From Tricharina praecox (taxonomy: Eukaryota): DNA of 64,000 nt. Of this stretch, positions 39,063 through 53,482 are shown in pieces (the first letter of the stretch is position 1; the number at the start of each line of letters is the position of its first letter). Location of the stretch: NCBI RefSeq assembly GCF_024521635.1, contig NW_026250408.1:496001-560000 (forward strand). The letters run 5' to 3'. Position numbers and translations under genes: made by a program. Below the pieces are notes generated by a model, which worked only from the letters and a program-made list of their open reading frames with translations, searched no databases and was not told the DNA's origin.

Positions 39063-42000
39063 ATGGCATCGCAGCTCCCTCCAGATATCGTCGAGAGCCT
39101 GCAGCAGTTGCTACAGGGCCTCAGCTCGGCCGACAATGCCATTCGTCACCGCGCGGAGGAGTCTCTGACTAACGACTGGGTCGCTACAAAACCGGAAATG
39201 CTGCTTTCGGGCCTGGCGGAACAGGTCCTGGGGGGTGGTGACGCGAATGTGAGTTTGAAATGATCGACCCCGGGGATGTGTTTTGCTACTAGCCGCGAAT
39301 CTTGCTCCGCCGAAACAAAAGGCCCGATATAGGCGGGTGTCTTGTTACGCGAGTGTGTTAAGATTTTTTGCGGCTTGGGCGGCGGAATCGTGGAAGATGA
39401 CATTTTCTGACATGCGACGTTCATACGCAGGCTCGCTCGTTTTCGGCCGTTCTTTTCCGACGATTGGCGCTCAAGACTCAGACTAAGAAGGATGAGCCGC
39501 AGGAACTCTACATTGGTTGCTTGCCCGCAGTAAGGACCTACATTCGCGATATCCTCCTGCGCGGCTTCGCCTCAGAAACCGACGACCATGTACGGAAGAA
39601 GATTGGTGATTCTATTGCGGAAGTTGCCAGGCAACTTTCGGATGCTGGTCAGTTCCAACCCCCACCAACAACTTCCGACGTGTTGCTTTGCGTTGGAAAG
39701 TGGTTGGGTTCTCTCGTATGAAATGAGCGAGCTGATGGATTTTGTTCCTGTGTTTAGAAGAGCCATGGCCCGAATTGTTGCAAGCACTGTTTTCGGCAAG
39801 CAAGTCGCCACACGCGAGCTTCCGAGAGGGCGCTTTCAGGATATTTACCACCACGCCGGGTATCATCGAGAAGCAGCATGGCGATACCGTCAAAGGTGTC
39901 TTCAATGACGGCTTCGCGGATCCCGAGCAGAAGGTCCGCATTGCAGCAATGGAGGCTTTCTCGGCATTCTTCCGATCGATTAAGAAGCCTGCGCAGAAGG
40001 CATACCACGGATTGTTGCAGAATATCCTGGTGATACTGGTTCCTCTGAAGGAGCAACAAGACTCGGACTGCCTCGCCCAGGCCTTGGTAGCTTTGATGGA
40101 ACTTGCAGAGGTTGCGCCTGTCATGTTCAAATCAGTCTTCAGCGAGGTCGTCAAGTTCGGCATTGCTGTCGTCCAAGACAAGGATCTCACCGACATGACG
40201 AGGCAGAACGCATTGGAGTTCCTTGCGACCTTTGCCGATACCGCACCGAATATGTGCAGGAAGGATCCTAACTATACCTCGGAAATGGTTACTCAATGTC
40301 TTAGCTTGATGACCGACATTGGAGCCGACGACGATGATGCGTCTGAATGGAATGAAACAGACGATGTGAGTCTTTCCTTCGGCTTGTCCTGCTTTCGGAG
40401 GGAAAGAATTCTGGCTAATGTATGCAATTCAGCTTGACGTTGACGAGAGCGACCTCAATCATGTTGCTGGAGAACAATGTATGGACCGTCTGGCCAATAG
40501 ACTTGGTGGTTCCGCTGTTCTTGCACCGACATTCCAGTGGCTTCCTCGGATGATGACTTCCTCGGCATGGCGTGATCGACATGCGGCTTTGATGGCCATT
40601 TCTGCTATTTCAGAGGGCTGCCGTGAGATGATGGAGGGCGAGCTTGACAAAATCTTGGATCTGGTCGTTCCGGCATTGAGAGACCCTCATCCCCGAGTTC
40701 GATGGGCAGGATGCAATGCGTTGGGCCAAATGAGTACGGATTTTGCTGGAATTATGCAGGAGAAGTACCACCAGGTTGTTATGTCGAGTATTATTCCGGT
40801 GCTGGAATCCCCAGAGCCAAGGTATGTTATTCCTGATACGTTTGTGGTAAATTGCCGCAGCGGGTGTTGACAATTTCTCAGGGTACAATCGCATGCCGCC
40901 GCGGCACTGGTCAACTTTTGCGAGGAAGCCGAGAAGGAGGTTCTGGAGCCCTACTTAGACGAGCTGCTTAAGAGGCTGCTGGCTCTGTTGACGAATGATA
41001 CCAAGCGATATGTCCAGGAACAAGCCTTGTCGACTATTGCTACCATTGCGGACTCGGCGGAACAGGCGTTCGGCCGCTATTATGATCATCTCATGCCACT
41101 GTTGTTTGGCGTTCTGAACCAGCCGCAGAATGCCCAAGTGAAGGAGAACCGATTGCTGTGTGCTAAGGCTATGGAGTGTGCCACTTTGATTGCTTTAGCC
41201 GTCGGCCGGGAGAGGTTAGGAGCGGATGCGGTTCAGTTGGTGCAAGTGCTCGGACGAATTCAGCAATCGGTGTCGGACCCGGATGACCCTCAAGGATCCT
41301 ACCTGCTTCACTGCTGGGGTAGAATGTGCCGAGTCATGGGCAACGACTTCTTGCCATATCTGCCTGCTGTTATGCCCCCACTGCTCGAGCTCGCTAGTGC
41401 GAAGGCTGATGTGCAACTTCTTGATGGTAACTTGGACACGTTCTCCAAACATTTTAGTTTGATGCTAATTGGTAATTGCAGACGAAGAGCAACTGGCTAC
41501 TATAGAACAAGAAGAAGGTTGGGAGTTGCTTCCCGTTCGAGGAAAGTACATTGGCATCAAGACTTCTGCTTTGGACGACAAGTATATGGCGATCGAGCTT
41601 CTCGTCATCTATGCCCAACAACTGGAAGCCGCCTTCGAACCTTATGTTCACACCGTTCTTAAGGAGATCGCTATTCCAGGCCTTCGCTTCTTCTTTAATG
41701 ATGCAGTACGCGTTGCCTCGGCGAAGCTGGTTCCTCAACTTTTGAACAGCATGAAGAAAGCACATGGACCTCAGTCTCCACAGCTGGCCGAGATTTGGCA
41801 GCCAACAGTCGGAAAGATCCTGGAAGACCTCGCCCAAGAACCGGCAGTTGATACCCTTGCGGAGATGTACCAATGTTTCTACGAGTCCGTTGAAGTCGTT
41901 GGTCAGAACTGCTTGTCTCAGGAGACGATGGCTGCGTTCATTTCTGTGGTCGAGAGCTCGCTTCAGGAATACCAGCAGCGTCACGAGCAGCGAGTAGTGG

Positions 42001-42890
42001 AGCTCTTGAAGCCAGAGGAGGAGCGTGAGGACACCGACGAGATGCTTTATGCCATCGAGGATGACCAGACCCTTTTGGCGGATATGAACAAAGCCTTCCA
42101 CACAATCTTCAAGAACCAGGGAACATCTTTCCTCCCTCAATGGGAGCGCTTAATTCCGTTCTACGATCGGTTTATCAACAGCTCGGATGCCACACAGCGT
42201 CAATGGGCACTCTGCATCATTGACGATGTGCTGGAGTTCTGCGGGCCGGAGGCGTGGAAATACCAGGCTCACTTTACGGGACCTCTCGTGCAAGGCCTGT
42301 CCGACAAGATTCCGGCGAACCGACAAGCGGCCGCGTATGGTGTGGGTGTTGCTGCTAAGAACGGTGGCCCCGCTTTCTCGGAGTTTGTCGCGCACACCAT
42401 CCGGCAATTGTTCGAAGCCACCCAGGGGCCCAAGGCACGCCGGGATGACCACGTTTTCGCCACCGAGAACGCCTGTGCTTCGATCGCAAAGATCCTGCAC
42501 TACAACAGCAGCAAGGTGCAGGACGTCCAGGCGGTTGTCAACCACTGGATCGGGACGCTGCCCGTCGTCAATGACGACGAGGCAGCCCCGTTCGCCTACG
42601 CATTCTTGGCCGAGCTCATTGAGCAGTATGTTCACATCCCATCGAGTTAACGTGCGAGACAGTAATGCTGAAAGTAATGCAGGAAAAACCCTGCTGTCCT
42701 GAACGCCGCCCCCCAGGTCTTCGACTACGTTGTGCAGGCGGTGGATGCGGAGACCATCCAGGGCAACGTTGCCGAGAGAGTGATCAACGCGACCAAAGCG
42801 TTGATCGCGATGACCGGAGCAGACGTCCGCGAGCTAGCAGCTCGCCTGCCCGCCGAGATGGTCCCCACCGTGCAGCGTCACTTCGTGTAG
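39063..42890 (+). CDS. PSE1: Importin beta-3 / karyopherin Kap121 (IPO5 family)
   Basis: 7 exons with canonical introns starting at about 39249, 39648, 40366, 40822, 41427 and 42627. HEAT-repeat motifs [59 protein letters not shown] and [12 protein letters not shown]. Confidence 0.96.
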
Positions 42891-43439
42891 GTCTGGCGGC
42901 TTGTAGGGGATGGTGTTCTTTTGTTGCTTTAGGGGAGGGTGGGGGGGGGGGGGGTATTTACGAGGGAATGAAATATGTTTTATGACCATGACTTCGGGGG
43001 GGTGAGAGAGATGTGGGTGTTTGTAGCTGTAGGGCGGGGGAGAACGAGGGGGTAGAACGGTGTCTTTGTCGATTTTGTTTTGCTTCTAATTCGTATTTTT
43101 TTCTTTCTGTATTCTCCTTCCTTTTGTTATTCCCACCCAGCTTGGAGATGATGCCTCAGTCACTACTCTGAGGCAGGGCATGCGAGGGCGTATAAATGAT
43201 ACACTTACAGTGCTTGTAGGGGAGAATGTGAAGATGAGTGAAGAGTCATATAGAGTATAGCCGCGCGGGTGCCCCACGAAATGCGCCTGCACGTGATTAG
43301 GGTAACGATCAACTTGGCAATGACGAAGCGAGTCCAACCGGCAGACTGGGGGACTGAAGCCTGAAGCTATCAACCCACCACTTCACCTCAACTCACCCTC
43401 CTAGGAACCTCCACCTCACACGCCCGCCCATTCACCAGC

Positions 43440-44268
43440 ATGAGCGGAATAATAGAATGGGCCTTTGGCCGCCGGCAAACTCCCGCCGAGCGTCTGCGCA
43501 AAGTATGCCCTCCCCCCCGTCAAATCCCTCTTCCCCCGGGGTCCTACTACTACAGCTAACAGCCAGCCATAGCACCAACGGTCCCTTGAGAAAGCCCAGC
43601 GCGAGCTCGACCGCGAACGCATCAAACTCGAGCAGCAGGAGAAGAAGCTCATCGCCGACATCAAGAAGTCCGCCAAGAACGGGCAGATGGGGGCGTGCAA
43701 GATCCAGGCGAAGGATCTAGTGCGGACGCGACGGTGAGTTGTCCCCTCCCCCGAGGACATGTCTTCGGCGGTGACGGGAGGGAGGGAGGGAGGGCTAACG
43801 TGGGGCGGCAAAAATAGGTACATACAGAAATTCGCGAGCATGAAGACGCAGCTGCAAGCGATCAGCCTTCGGATCCAGACGGTGCGGAGCAACGAGCAGA
43901 TGATGCAGTCGATGAAGGGGGCGACGGGGCTTTTGAGCTCGATGAACCGCAGCATGAACCTGCCTGCGCTGCAGCGGATCGCGATGGAGTTCGAGCGCGA
44001 GAACGACATCATGGACCAGCGCCAGGAGATGATGGATGACGCCATCGACGATATCACCGGCCTCGACGAGGAGGAGGAGACAGACGAGATCGTCAACCAG
44101 GTGCTAGACGAGATCGGCGTCGACCTCAATATGCAGCTGGGCGAGACGCCGAATGGAATTCAGTCCGGACGGGTCGCGGAGGGGAAGGTGCCGCAGGCTG
44201 TGGGCGTGCCTGGAGGTGGCGCCGAGGATGATGATTTGCAGGCGAGGTTGGATAGTCTCAGGCGTTGA
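43440..44268 (+). CDS. DID4: ESCRT-III subunit Vps2/Did4 (CHMP2, Snf7 family)
   Basis: Exons 43440-43502, 43574-43733, 43818-44268. MSGIIEWAFGRRQTPAERLRKHQR..KIQAKDLVRTRRYIQKF..DDDLQARLDSLRR. Confidence 0.96.
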
Positions 44269-44618
44269 ATGAAGGTTACGTACATGCATGGTGTTCTTTT
44301 GTTGGGCGTTCTTTTGCTTTGCTTTGTTTTGTTTCGTCACGCTGGCTGTTGCGCTCTTTGATGAATTCTACTGTCTGTATGTCACGTTTCTTACCATATC
44401 AATCCACCAGACCACAAAATCAACCTCGCTGTATAAAGCACGCATGAAAACACAAGTATCCAACGAGCAGTTCGCTAAATAGAGAAATTAACAGTAAGAC
44501 ACCCAAAAAAACACCCATGGATGCCTGAGAATCGACGAAATCACAACGCAAAACCACCAAAACGCATAGAGACATTGTCACTACCAACACAGACACTGCA
44601 TACACTATCTGAAACCAT

Positions 44619-45324
44619 CTAGACCTCATCGTCGACATAGTTTCCCCCTTCCCTTTTCAACTCCGCCGTCAAAGTCTCGAGTAAATGCCGATCCTTACTC
44701 ATCCGATCCTCATCTGTGAGCACCTCTCCACCCGCACTCAACGCCGCCCGTGCAGCCTCAACGGCATGTTGCTGCTGCTGCAATCGGCTGGCATGATCTG
44801 CTGCCGCCGCCGCCGCGACGGCCATGTGGTGGGCGGCGGGATGCATGGAGGCCACCGGCGCGGTATAAACTTGCATGTGTTGAACGAACTGTGCATGTGC
44901 GGCAGCGTGCTCAACGCCTTCCATCATCTGAGGATCCACAGGAATATCCATCCCTACTAGTGCGCCGGCGCGGGTGACGTCAAGTGGCATCAGGGGCGTG
45001 GATTGTGGGACCATAGATACCGAGACGGATGTGGGTACTTGGAGCGCCATTTGTTGCGCTTGTTGTTGTTGCATTTGCAGCGCCTGTCGCTCGAGCAGGA
45101 GTTGTTGCACTTGCTGTTGTACTTGGGCTTGGACTTGTTGGTGTTGGTGTTGATGCTGATGTTGTTGATGCTGTTGCTGTTGCTGGTGATGTTGCTGTTG
45201 CTGGTGGTGCTGTTGCTGCTGCTGATGATGTTGGTGCTGTTGATGCTGCTGTTGATGCTGCTGTTGATGCTGCTGCTGCTGCTGTTGATGCTGCTGTTGA
45301 TGCTGCTGTTGATGCGGTTGTTGA

Positions 45325-45359
<35 letters not shown>

Positions 45360-46732
45360 CTGCTGATGCTGCAGCTGCGGTGGCTGTTGCTGTTGCTGGA
45401 CCGGAACCGGGACCTGTTTCGACGGCGAAGCACGCTTCGGCGGCGTCCGGTTCTCTGTTCTGACAACTGGTGGCTTAGGGTGCTCCTTGCATTCTGGGCA
45501 ATTGCGGATGACCTGAGAAACGGTCTCCTTAATGCGGACCCAGTGATATTTCTCGGCGATATTTGCAGTAGTCTTATTGATCCCTCCGTGAGACTGTGCA
45601 TGCACGTTCCTGGCAATCTCGTACTGCAGTTGACTATCCGACACGACTTCTTTATCCTTCAGCATGAGCTTTCCATCCGTGATGCGGTAATGCGTAGCAG
45701 CTGATCGGAGGCGAGATTTCTCGGATCGGTCGGCGGAAGGTGGGTATTTTCCCTTCTCAAGGTAGAAGCGGATCTTGTCGAAACGCTCCTCCGACACATA
45801 GTCGTCGTCGTCTTTCAAGTCTCGACCGTAGATGATGGCGTCAACGAGGATGAGCGGGCACGACTGGAGACGGCCAGCGCCCCGGACGACTCCAATTCTT
45901 TTGAAGCCTAGGGAGTCCCATATCTTACACGATATGGCGTTGCTTTCGTAGACGAGGTTGAAGACAGAGTATGTAAACCCCTTTTTATTGAAAAGAGAAG
46001 TCAGCACCACCGAGTTATGGACCTTGTCCTGGGGGCACAGACAAGTTTTGGAGCATACTCCAAATATGATTCTCCCAACAGCCTGCCGCATCCTTTGCCT
46101 CGGGAGGCAGCAGATGTCAGGAATCCTCCATTACAGATGTGCGAACTCCGACCTACAATCCACAGCGTTCAATTAACCTCACTTCACTACGTCAATGCCT
46201 CCCTAGCACGCGGCTGTCCGCCGTCAGTTCAATATACCGTGAACGTACCAGGGTAATTTGGTTTTATATAGAACGTTCCCAAGACGAACTGCGACCAATC
46301 CCTCTCGTCGGTCAGGTCTCCATGCTCCTCCGGTTTGCCCTGAAGCATCACCGCAGCAAACGTGCCGAACCAATAGCTTACGAACTTATCAAAGCCCATC
46401 TCCTCTTCCATGGGGTAGGTATCACCCTTTCGGATCTCGCTATTGAACTCATCCTGTAGCACTTGGAGAATTCCGGTGGCCAGCTGCGCCGCCGACGCGA
46501 CGGGGTATATTGTCGCCTGCGTCACATGGTCTTTGAGGTATACGCAGCGGGGCTGCAGCGAGTGTGCGGCCGACGGGTTGGGGGCGGGAATGGGCGCCGC
46601 GTGGACGTTCTCCAGTATCGAATGTGAAGATGAAGGTGGGAACAGAACGGGTGCGGCCACGGGAGTGATCGGCGTGCTGTTGTTCTGCTGATCGTCCTTC
46701 AAGTTGTCCCCGTTTTGAGGGTGAGAGGCCAT
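44619..46732 (-). CDS. SPT10: Spt10-like GNAT acetyltransferase with integrase-type H2C2 zinc finger and poly-Q/H tail
   Basis: Three exons with introns ~46248-46154 and ~46043-45982. Motifs GDTYPMEE, GTFYIKPNYPGRSSHICNGGF, APKLGFTYSVFNLVY, IWDSLGFKRIG and HAQSHGGINKTT..YHW..IRNCPEC. Confidence 0.9.
45040..45400 (-). repeat. Coding CAG/CAA/CAT repeat (poly-Gln/His tract) in the SPT10-like gene
   Basis: About 120 codons of Q/H-rich low-complexity sequence in frame. Confidence 0.92.
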
Positions 46733-48159
46733 ATCCCTTTTCTCTTCTCTTCCTTTCTCTCTTCTCTTTCTTCTTTAATTGATTTTTGCCGGGGAGGACA
46801 GGCGCGGGGGGGCGGGATGTAACTTTTTTTTTTGGTGGTGGTGGGCGGTGGGTTTCTCGATGATGCGCGGTGTGGGCGTAGATGAAGGAACGGAGAGGGT
46901 TGATTTGGGGGTTTGGTTTTGGGGGGGATGGGATCGGAGCTGTCGGAGGCTCGGGAGTAGGGGCAATTTTTAGAAGCGGCGATCTGTTGCAAAAGCTTAG
47001 CGGACAAAGTCTGAAGGTGCGGCTGAAAAGTGTTTTTGTTAGACAGGAAACAGGAGACAAGAGACAGGAGACAGGAGACATGAGACAGGAGACGCTCGAC
47101 TACAGAGAAGTTCGAACGCCGGAGAAGAATATTTCTGGCCCCAGACATCGACAACCATCGGCGTAAGCTGTGCCAATCCGCCATGGGCTCGGACTCTCAG
47201 CTCTAGAGCACTCGTGTCGGCGACTGCGATGCCACAGTGACTAATCTGCCGGGCATGAGTTCTGTATCTTAGGCAGACTGCATTATCAGCAGCAGTCATG
47301 GTGGCACGATTCTGGTTATCCACCTTCAAACCCCGTTTTGACTCCGGTCTCGAGTATGGAGCCAATCGCGTTCGAAACTTAGCTTTCGGCGACGTAATCA
47401 GAGCACATATCTACTTCAAGGTGTCCGCGATGGTGGCCATTGTTGCACCTCAAATCACTCGTTACTTGCCGTATCGAGCAGCGAGCTTGGGGCCAACTAC
47501 TCTACGGCCGACCTGTCCCAGCAAAAGACCCCTACATATGGAAAATGAGAAGCTGCTGCAAGAGCCGCACTTTAACGGTATGTACGCACGTCAATTGCAC
47601 GCGTCGATAACCGGCCCGTCCGTGCTGGCGCCCTAGATAGTTGTACTCCGAGACATCAATCGCGTGTCCGGAGAATTGCTCTGGTGACAGCCGAGCTCAA
47701 GCTCGCGGAAGTCCATACACTACGGTACTTATGTAACTACCCTAAAGGTCTGAAATGGCACCCAACAGCAGAGCAGTTCCCAAACGCTGCAGTCTGCAGT
47801 CTGCAGATAGCGGGGTAAGTCCACCTGGCGAATAGGCAGACTGGGCCGAGACACGTAACCCACCCAATTGATCCCTCCGGCGACCAATCACACGTCTCCA
47901 GCCAAAGAAAGACGTCCATGAACGCGTGCAATATCGTTATCTGTAAGAGTTGTCACTCGGGGCAAATGCGGTTGCACCCGACTGGGTTAGAGGCTCACTA
48001 TTCCATTTGAAGCTTAGTGCTCCCTTATTATCAAACTAAGACCCTAAAAATTTGGAGGGGCGTCGGGACGATCTGAATCTCTGGAGATTGACTTAAAGCT
48101 CTGTTTGCCGGACACCAGACACCAAACAACGGACAGTCGACCTCATCAATTCGTCTACC

Positions 48160-51100
48160 ATGTTACGATCTTCGAAGAACATCACGGTGTGCCAATCACT
48201 CAAGAGCTTCCGAGGAGTTGCTAATAGTCGCAGAACCGGCCCTTCACCTGTGCGTTCTGCGCTATCCGTCCGTGCCCCTCCACGCTCGCTCTCTCTCAAC
48301 CACAACGACACCTACACAGCTCCAACAAAGCGAACGAATACGAAGTACCGCCAGCAACGCGCAGCTCGGAACCCTCCTATAGTCCCGCAGGTTTCGACTC
48401 CGTCCGCCACAAGAAGACTGCCGAGAGCGCGGCGGCAAAGTGGGGCATTCCCGAGCCGCGCAGTAACCCCAGCAGTAACCCCAGTGCTTGGAGGCCACGG
48501 AATGGAGGCGCTACACAGAACAATGCATCGCCGGGATCGAGACTGAATATCTCTCGCGTGGGAACGCACGGGAATGGTGGTGGTGGCGGGAGCAATTGGA
48601 AGGCGCAGCCAGCATCTGCCTCGGCGGTGACGGGACCACCCGGTAGAGACCCTGTATCATTCTTGTTGAAGAATAGCAACATCAATAGGGCGGGATCGCT
48701 GCCAGGGCTGGGTAATGATTCTCAGCGATCGTCTGGCGGGATTATGTCACGGATCACTGGGGATACCGAGGGGTTTGCACCGCGGTACGCGGGGAGAAAT
48801 GACCAGATGCCACGGCCACAAAGGGACAGCCGGTACGGTGGCGAGCGGACAGGCGGTGGTAACGTCACACGAAATGCCGGTGGCGACACATACGGGCAGC
48901 GATTCACGAGGGGAGACCAAACCCAGCAGTCTCCGCGTGGGAACTGGCAACAGAGAGGAGACCGTTTCGGTGGTGAGCAGGCAATCAACCGACATGGCGA
49001 TGATAGACAAGGCATGGGTGCTCGTCACGGTGGGGAGCGGAACTCTAGGCCTGCATATTCCGAGGATCGCCAGCAGAGGAACGAACGGTTTGGTGGCGAG
49101 ACCCGCTCTGGAAAATCGGATGGGGGAAATCTCTGGCATGAGCCTGCCGAGGAAGTGGAAGCCCCCACACCGTCACGATACACCACTGGTCAGGCCCGCG
49201 AGAAACCCCAGGATGCGTCCTACACCAAGAAGCAAGCTGCCAAGGCGAAAGACCGAGGCCGCAACCGCCGTTTCGATGACACTGAGTCTGCCATCCTCGA
49301 TGAGGCCGAATTGTCAGGCAAAGAAGCGAAGAAGGCGAAGAAAGCGAAGCGGAAGGAGGCACGGAAGGAGTTAATCCCCATCTTCTTGCCGCAGTTTATT
49401 AGCATCGAGACCCTGGCGGCCATGCTCAATATCCGTGTTGAGAGGTTTACGCAGCAGCTGCAGGATATGGGGTTCACTGAGACGAGCTATGGCCACGTTT
49501 TGGGTGCCGAAGAAGCTGGATTGATCTGTGGAGAATACGGATACGATCCTGTAATTGACAGAGGCAACGATCTTGACCTCAAGCCTAGGTATGCTCTCAC
49601 ATGTCGGTGCCCTAATACGTACTAATATCCATAGGCCTCCGCCCGAGGACAAAACATCATTGCCTACTCGCCCGCCGGTAGTTACAATCATGGGCCACGT
49701 CGACCACGGCAAAACCACTCTCCTCGACTGGCTCCGCAAGTCCGCTATTGTGGACTCGGAGCACGGAGGAATCACGCAACACATCGGAGCCTTCTCCGTC
49801 ACCATGCCTTCTGGTAAGGTTATTACATTCTTAGACACACCCGGCCACGCTGCATTCCTTTCCATGCGTGAGCGAGGTGCCAACGTCACCGATATCGTCA
49901 TTCTCGTGGTGGCAGCGGACGACTCGGTAAAGCCGCAAACGATCGAGGCCATCAGACACGCCAAAGCCGCAAACGTACCCATGATCGTCGCCATAAACAA
50001 AGTCGACAAGGAAGGTTCGGATGTGGAAAGGGTCAAGCAAGATCTTGCCCGGTACGGTGTTGAGGTTGAGGACTATGGAGGCGACACACAGACCGTCTGC
50101 GTATCTGGAAAGACGGGACAGGGAATGGAGGACCTCGAGGAGGCGACTCTGCTGCTTGGTGAAATTCTGGATCACAGAGCAGAGACGGATGGGCAGACTG
50201 AGGGCTGGGTACTCGAGGCTACCACAAAGAAGAAGGGGCGTGTAGCCACTGTTCTGATCACAAGGGGATCCTTGAAGCCGGGAGATATTCTGGTGGCTGG
50301 AAAGACGTGGACCAAGGTTCGGAGCATGACCAACGAATTCGGCGATGAGGTCCTACTTGCCACGCCTGGTACGCCCGTGGAAATCGATGGTTGGCGAGAC
50401 CACCCTGAGGCCGGCGAGTTGGCCCTGTCCGCCGAGACTGAGGACCGCGCGAAGCAGGCAGTTGACTACCGCATACAAAAGGCCGACCGAATCAAACAAG
50501 CCACGGACATGGAGGCGATCAACGAGTCGCGACGCCTAGCTCGCGAGAAGGAAGAAGCTGAAGAAGAGATCCGGCGAGACGCAATATCTCGGGGAGAAGA
50601 CCCGGAAAAGGCTATTCTCGAAGCGGCGAAGAAGATCCGTGAAGGAGCAGTGGCGAAGACGCAGGAAATTGGGTTGATCGTCAAGGCTGATGTCGCCGGT
50701 TCCGTTGAGGCGGTGGTGGACTCAGTCTCCGCACTCGGCAACAACGAGGTTAAAACGAGAGTGATTCGATCATCATTCGGTGCCGTCAGCGAGTTCGATA
50801 TCGACCATGCTGCTGCCGCTGGAGGTATACTGAACCGCCCCGCCCTTCCCCTGACACAAATTCAGCTAACATCGCCCAGCCTACGTCCTCGCCTTCAACC
50901 TTCCCGCTGACCCGCAGATCACACAATACGCGCGCGCCCGCAAAGTAACAATCATCTCTCACAACGTAATCTATCATCTAGTCGACGAAGTGCGCCACAA
51001 GCTCTCGGAGCTCCTCCCACCCAAGATCAGCACCAACGTAACCGGCGAAGCCGAGGTCGCCCAGATCTTCCAAATCAACATCAAAGGTAGTGTCTACAAA

Positions 51101-51340
51101 CCAGTTGCCGGATGCCGAGTCAAGCTTGGAGTCGTAGCGCGAAACTCGAAGGTCCGTGTCATACGCAAGAAGGAGGTGGTGTACGATGGTACCCTCGACA
51201 GTCTGAAGAACGTCAAGAAGGATGTGCCCGAGATGCGGAAGGGAAGCGATTGTGGTCTCGGCTTTGAGGGCTGGGGTGAGTTCCAGGAGGGAGATCTGGT
51301 TCAGTGCTATGAGGTTATCGAGGAGAAGAGATATTTGTAA
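48160..51340 (+). CDS. IFM1: Mitochondrial translation initiation factor IF-2
   Basis: Exons 48160-48186, 48234-49588, 49635-50824, 50880-51340. GTPase motifs [35 protein letters not shown] and [17 protein letters not shown]-terminal KGSDCG; basic presequence-like N-terminus. Confidence 0.95.
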
Positions 51341-52079
51341 AACCTTCTTCTTCTCTCTCCTTGCTCGTTTCTTTTTTTGCTCCTGGTTGGGTATAAAATT
51401 ACATACTATCGGCGGGGTTTTGTTTGTGTTTTGTATCAGACGGATGGATATGTAGAATTCACCTCACTTCATTCATACAATATCATTCATATATTGGAAG
51501 AAGAGATCACATGATATACCGACCGGTCCCCTGGACGAGCGGAACCCATGTTGGTTTTGGAGCGTAGTTACCTTCCGACCGAGGGCCGAGAAATCCAGTC
51601 GGCCTGCCAGTGACATGAATAAATTTGAACTTTTCTCCGCTTTGTTTCTTGCCGGCATGTGTTTTCTTTTTTCCTCTTCCACAACAAAAACAACACCTTT
51701 CACAACAGAACAGAACAGAACAGGACCGTCCTTCTTCTTCCTCCTCCCGCCTCTATAATTGTGGGTTACTCTACAAAAACACATCCCAGCACAACCGATC
51801 GATCGACCGCCAAAAATAAAGACAGAAACCAGGAACGAAAATGAAAATCACCCATGGGAAGCCCAAACAAAACAAACAAAAACACCAGTTACAGCAACAG
51901 TAGATATCCTCAACCAGATCAACACCGCACATACCACACCACACCACACCACAACCACATACTACAGGCAGAAAAGAAATCATTCGGAACAGCATAGCAC
52001 TGAAAAAGACATTACGTTTTCTTTTGTGCGGAAAACCTCCTGTTCGAGAATTACATGATTTCCTTTTTTCCTACCCCAC

Positions 52080-53482
52080 TTACAAACGGAGAAGTTGGAC
52101 GATCTTCTTCTCGATTACGTGCTCGTCGGGGAATGAAAGGGCCTCAAGACCTGCGGCGTAAGGAGTAGGAACCTCGGCTCCGGTGACACGCTGGGGAATG
52201 TTAGTTGACTGAAAGAGAGACAAAGGGGGACTGAGGGTAAGAGTATACCTGAGCGGGGGCATCGAGAGTGTCGAACATGTACTCCATACTCAGAGCGAGG
52301 ATCTCAGATGCAACACCGAAACTCGGGAATCCGGACTCGACAGCAACCAAGTGGTGGGTCTTCTGGACGGACTGGACGATAGCCTCAACGTCGAGAGGCT
52401 TGACGGAGCGCAGGTTGATGACCTCGCACTCGACACCGTACTTCTTCTTGAGGTTCTCGGCGGCGATGAGAGACTGTCCGACGGTGCGGGAGAGCGAGAC
52501 GATGGTGACGTCCTTTCCGACACGCTCAATCTTAGCCTTTCCGATGGGCAGGACGAAGTCGCTGCTCTGGGCCTCCTCAGACATGGGGAAGACCTGTCCG
52601 TATAGCAGCTCGTTCTCGAGGACGACAACAGGGTTGGGATCGCGGATGGCAGCCTTGAGGAGTCCCTTGGCGTCTTCGGCACTCCAGGGAGAGACAACCT
52701 TCAGACCGGGAATAGAACCGTACCATGCGGAGTAATCCTGCGAGTGCTGGGCGGCGACACCGGCGGCAAAACCGTTGGGTCCACGGAAGGTGATGTTACA
52801 AGGCTGGATGCCGCCAGACATGTAGTGAGTCTTGGCTCCCGAGTTGATGATCTGGTCAATGGCTTGCATCTAATTCGGATAGTTCGATATTAGCGATGAT
52901 CTCCCGATAACGCGGCTTTGCCATGTATGGAACAAACATACAGCAAAGTTCCAGGTCATGAACTCGCACACAGGATGCAAGCCAGCAAGAGCAGCTCCGA
53001 CGGCCAAACCGGTGAAACCGTGCTCGGTGATGCTGCACATGCAAAGTCAGGATATGGTTCGGAGAAGCACGGCGGGGAAATATGGATGATATACGGAGTA
53101 TCAATGACCCTCTTGTCACCAAATCTGTCCAGCAGGCCCTTGGTGACCTTATACGCACCGTTGTACTGAGCAACTTCCTCTCCCAAGATGAAGACCTTAG
53201 GATTTCTCTCCAGCTCCTCCGCTATCAATCACCACTACCATCAGCTTCCCCACGCTCACACTCACCATCTAAAATACAAAATCAAAATAGAGACATACCG
53301 AGAGCCTCGTTCAGAGCATCTCGCACCGTGTACTCCCTAGTACCAGAGCTAGCGTGGCGAGCCTGCAGCTGTGATGGCAACTTGAACGCTGGAACACGGA
53401 CGGCGGCGGCAGCAACGGGGGTGGTCCTGATGGTACGGAGCGCGGCCCGAGAAAGAAGGGTCCTCGAGGTGTTGAAGAGCAT
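52080..53482 (-). CDS. PDB1: Pyruvate dehydrogenase E1 beta subunit, mitochondrial
   Basis: 5 exons. Motifs [65 protein letters not shown] and [12 protein letters not shown]. Confidence 0.97.

Noticed and set aside
39249..39430. Unusually long PSE1 first coding intron as a possible snoRNA host
   Set aside because: No proper box C (RTGATGA) or terminal stem; the CTGA is the branch site.
44990..45704. Poly-Leu, poly-Ala/Val and poly-Ser ORFs
   Set aside because: Alternative-frame and antisense shadows of the CAG-rich poly-Q tract.
47298..47818. Plus-strand ORF extendable via a putative intron 47577-47636
   Set aside because: Poor branch site and no homology; lies in the SPT10/IFM1 divergent promoter region.
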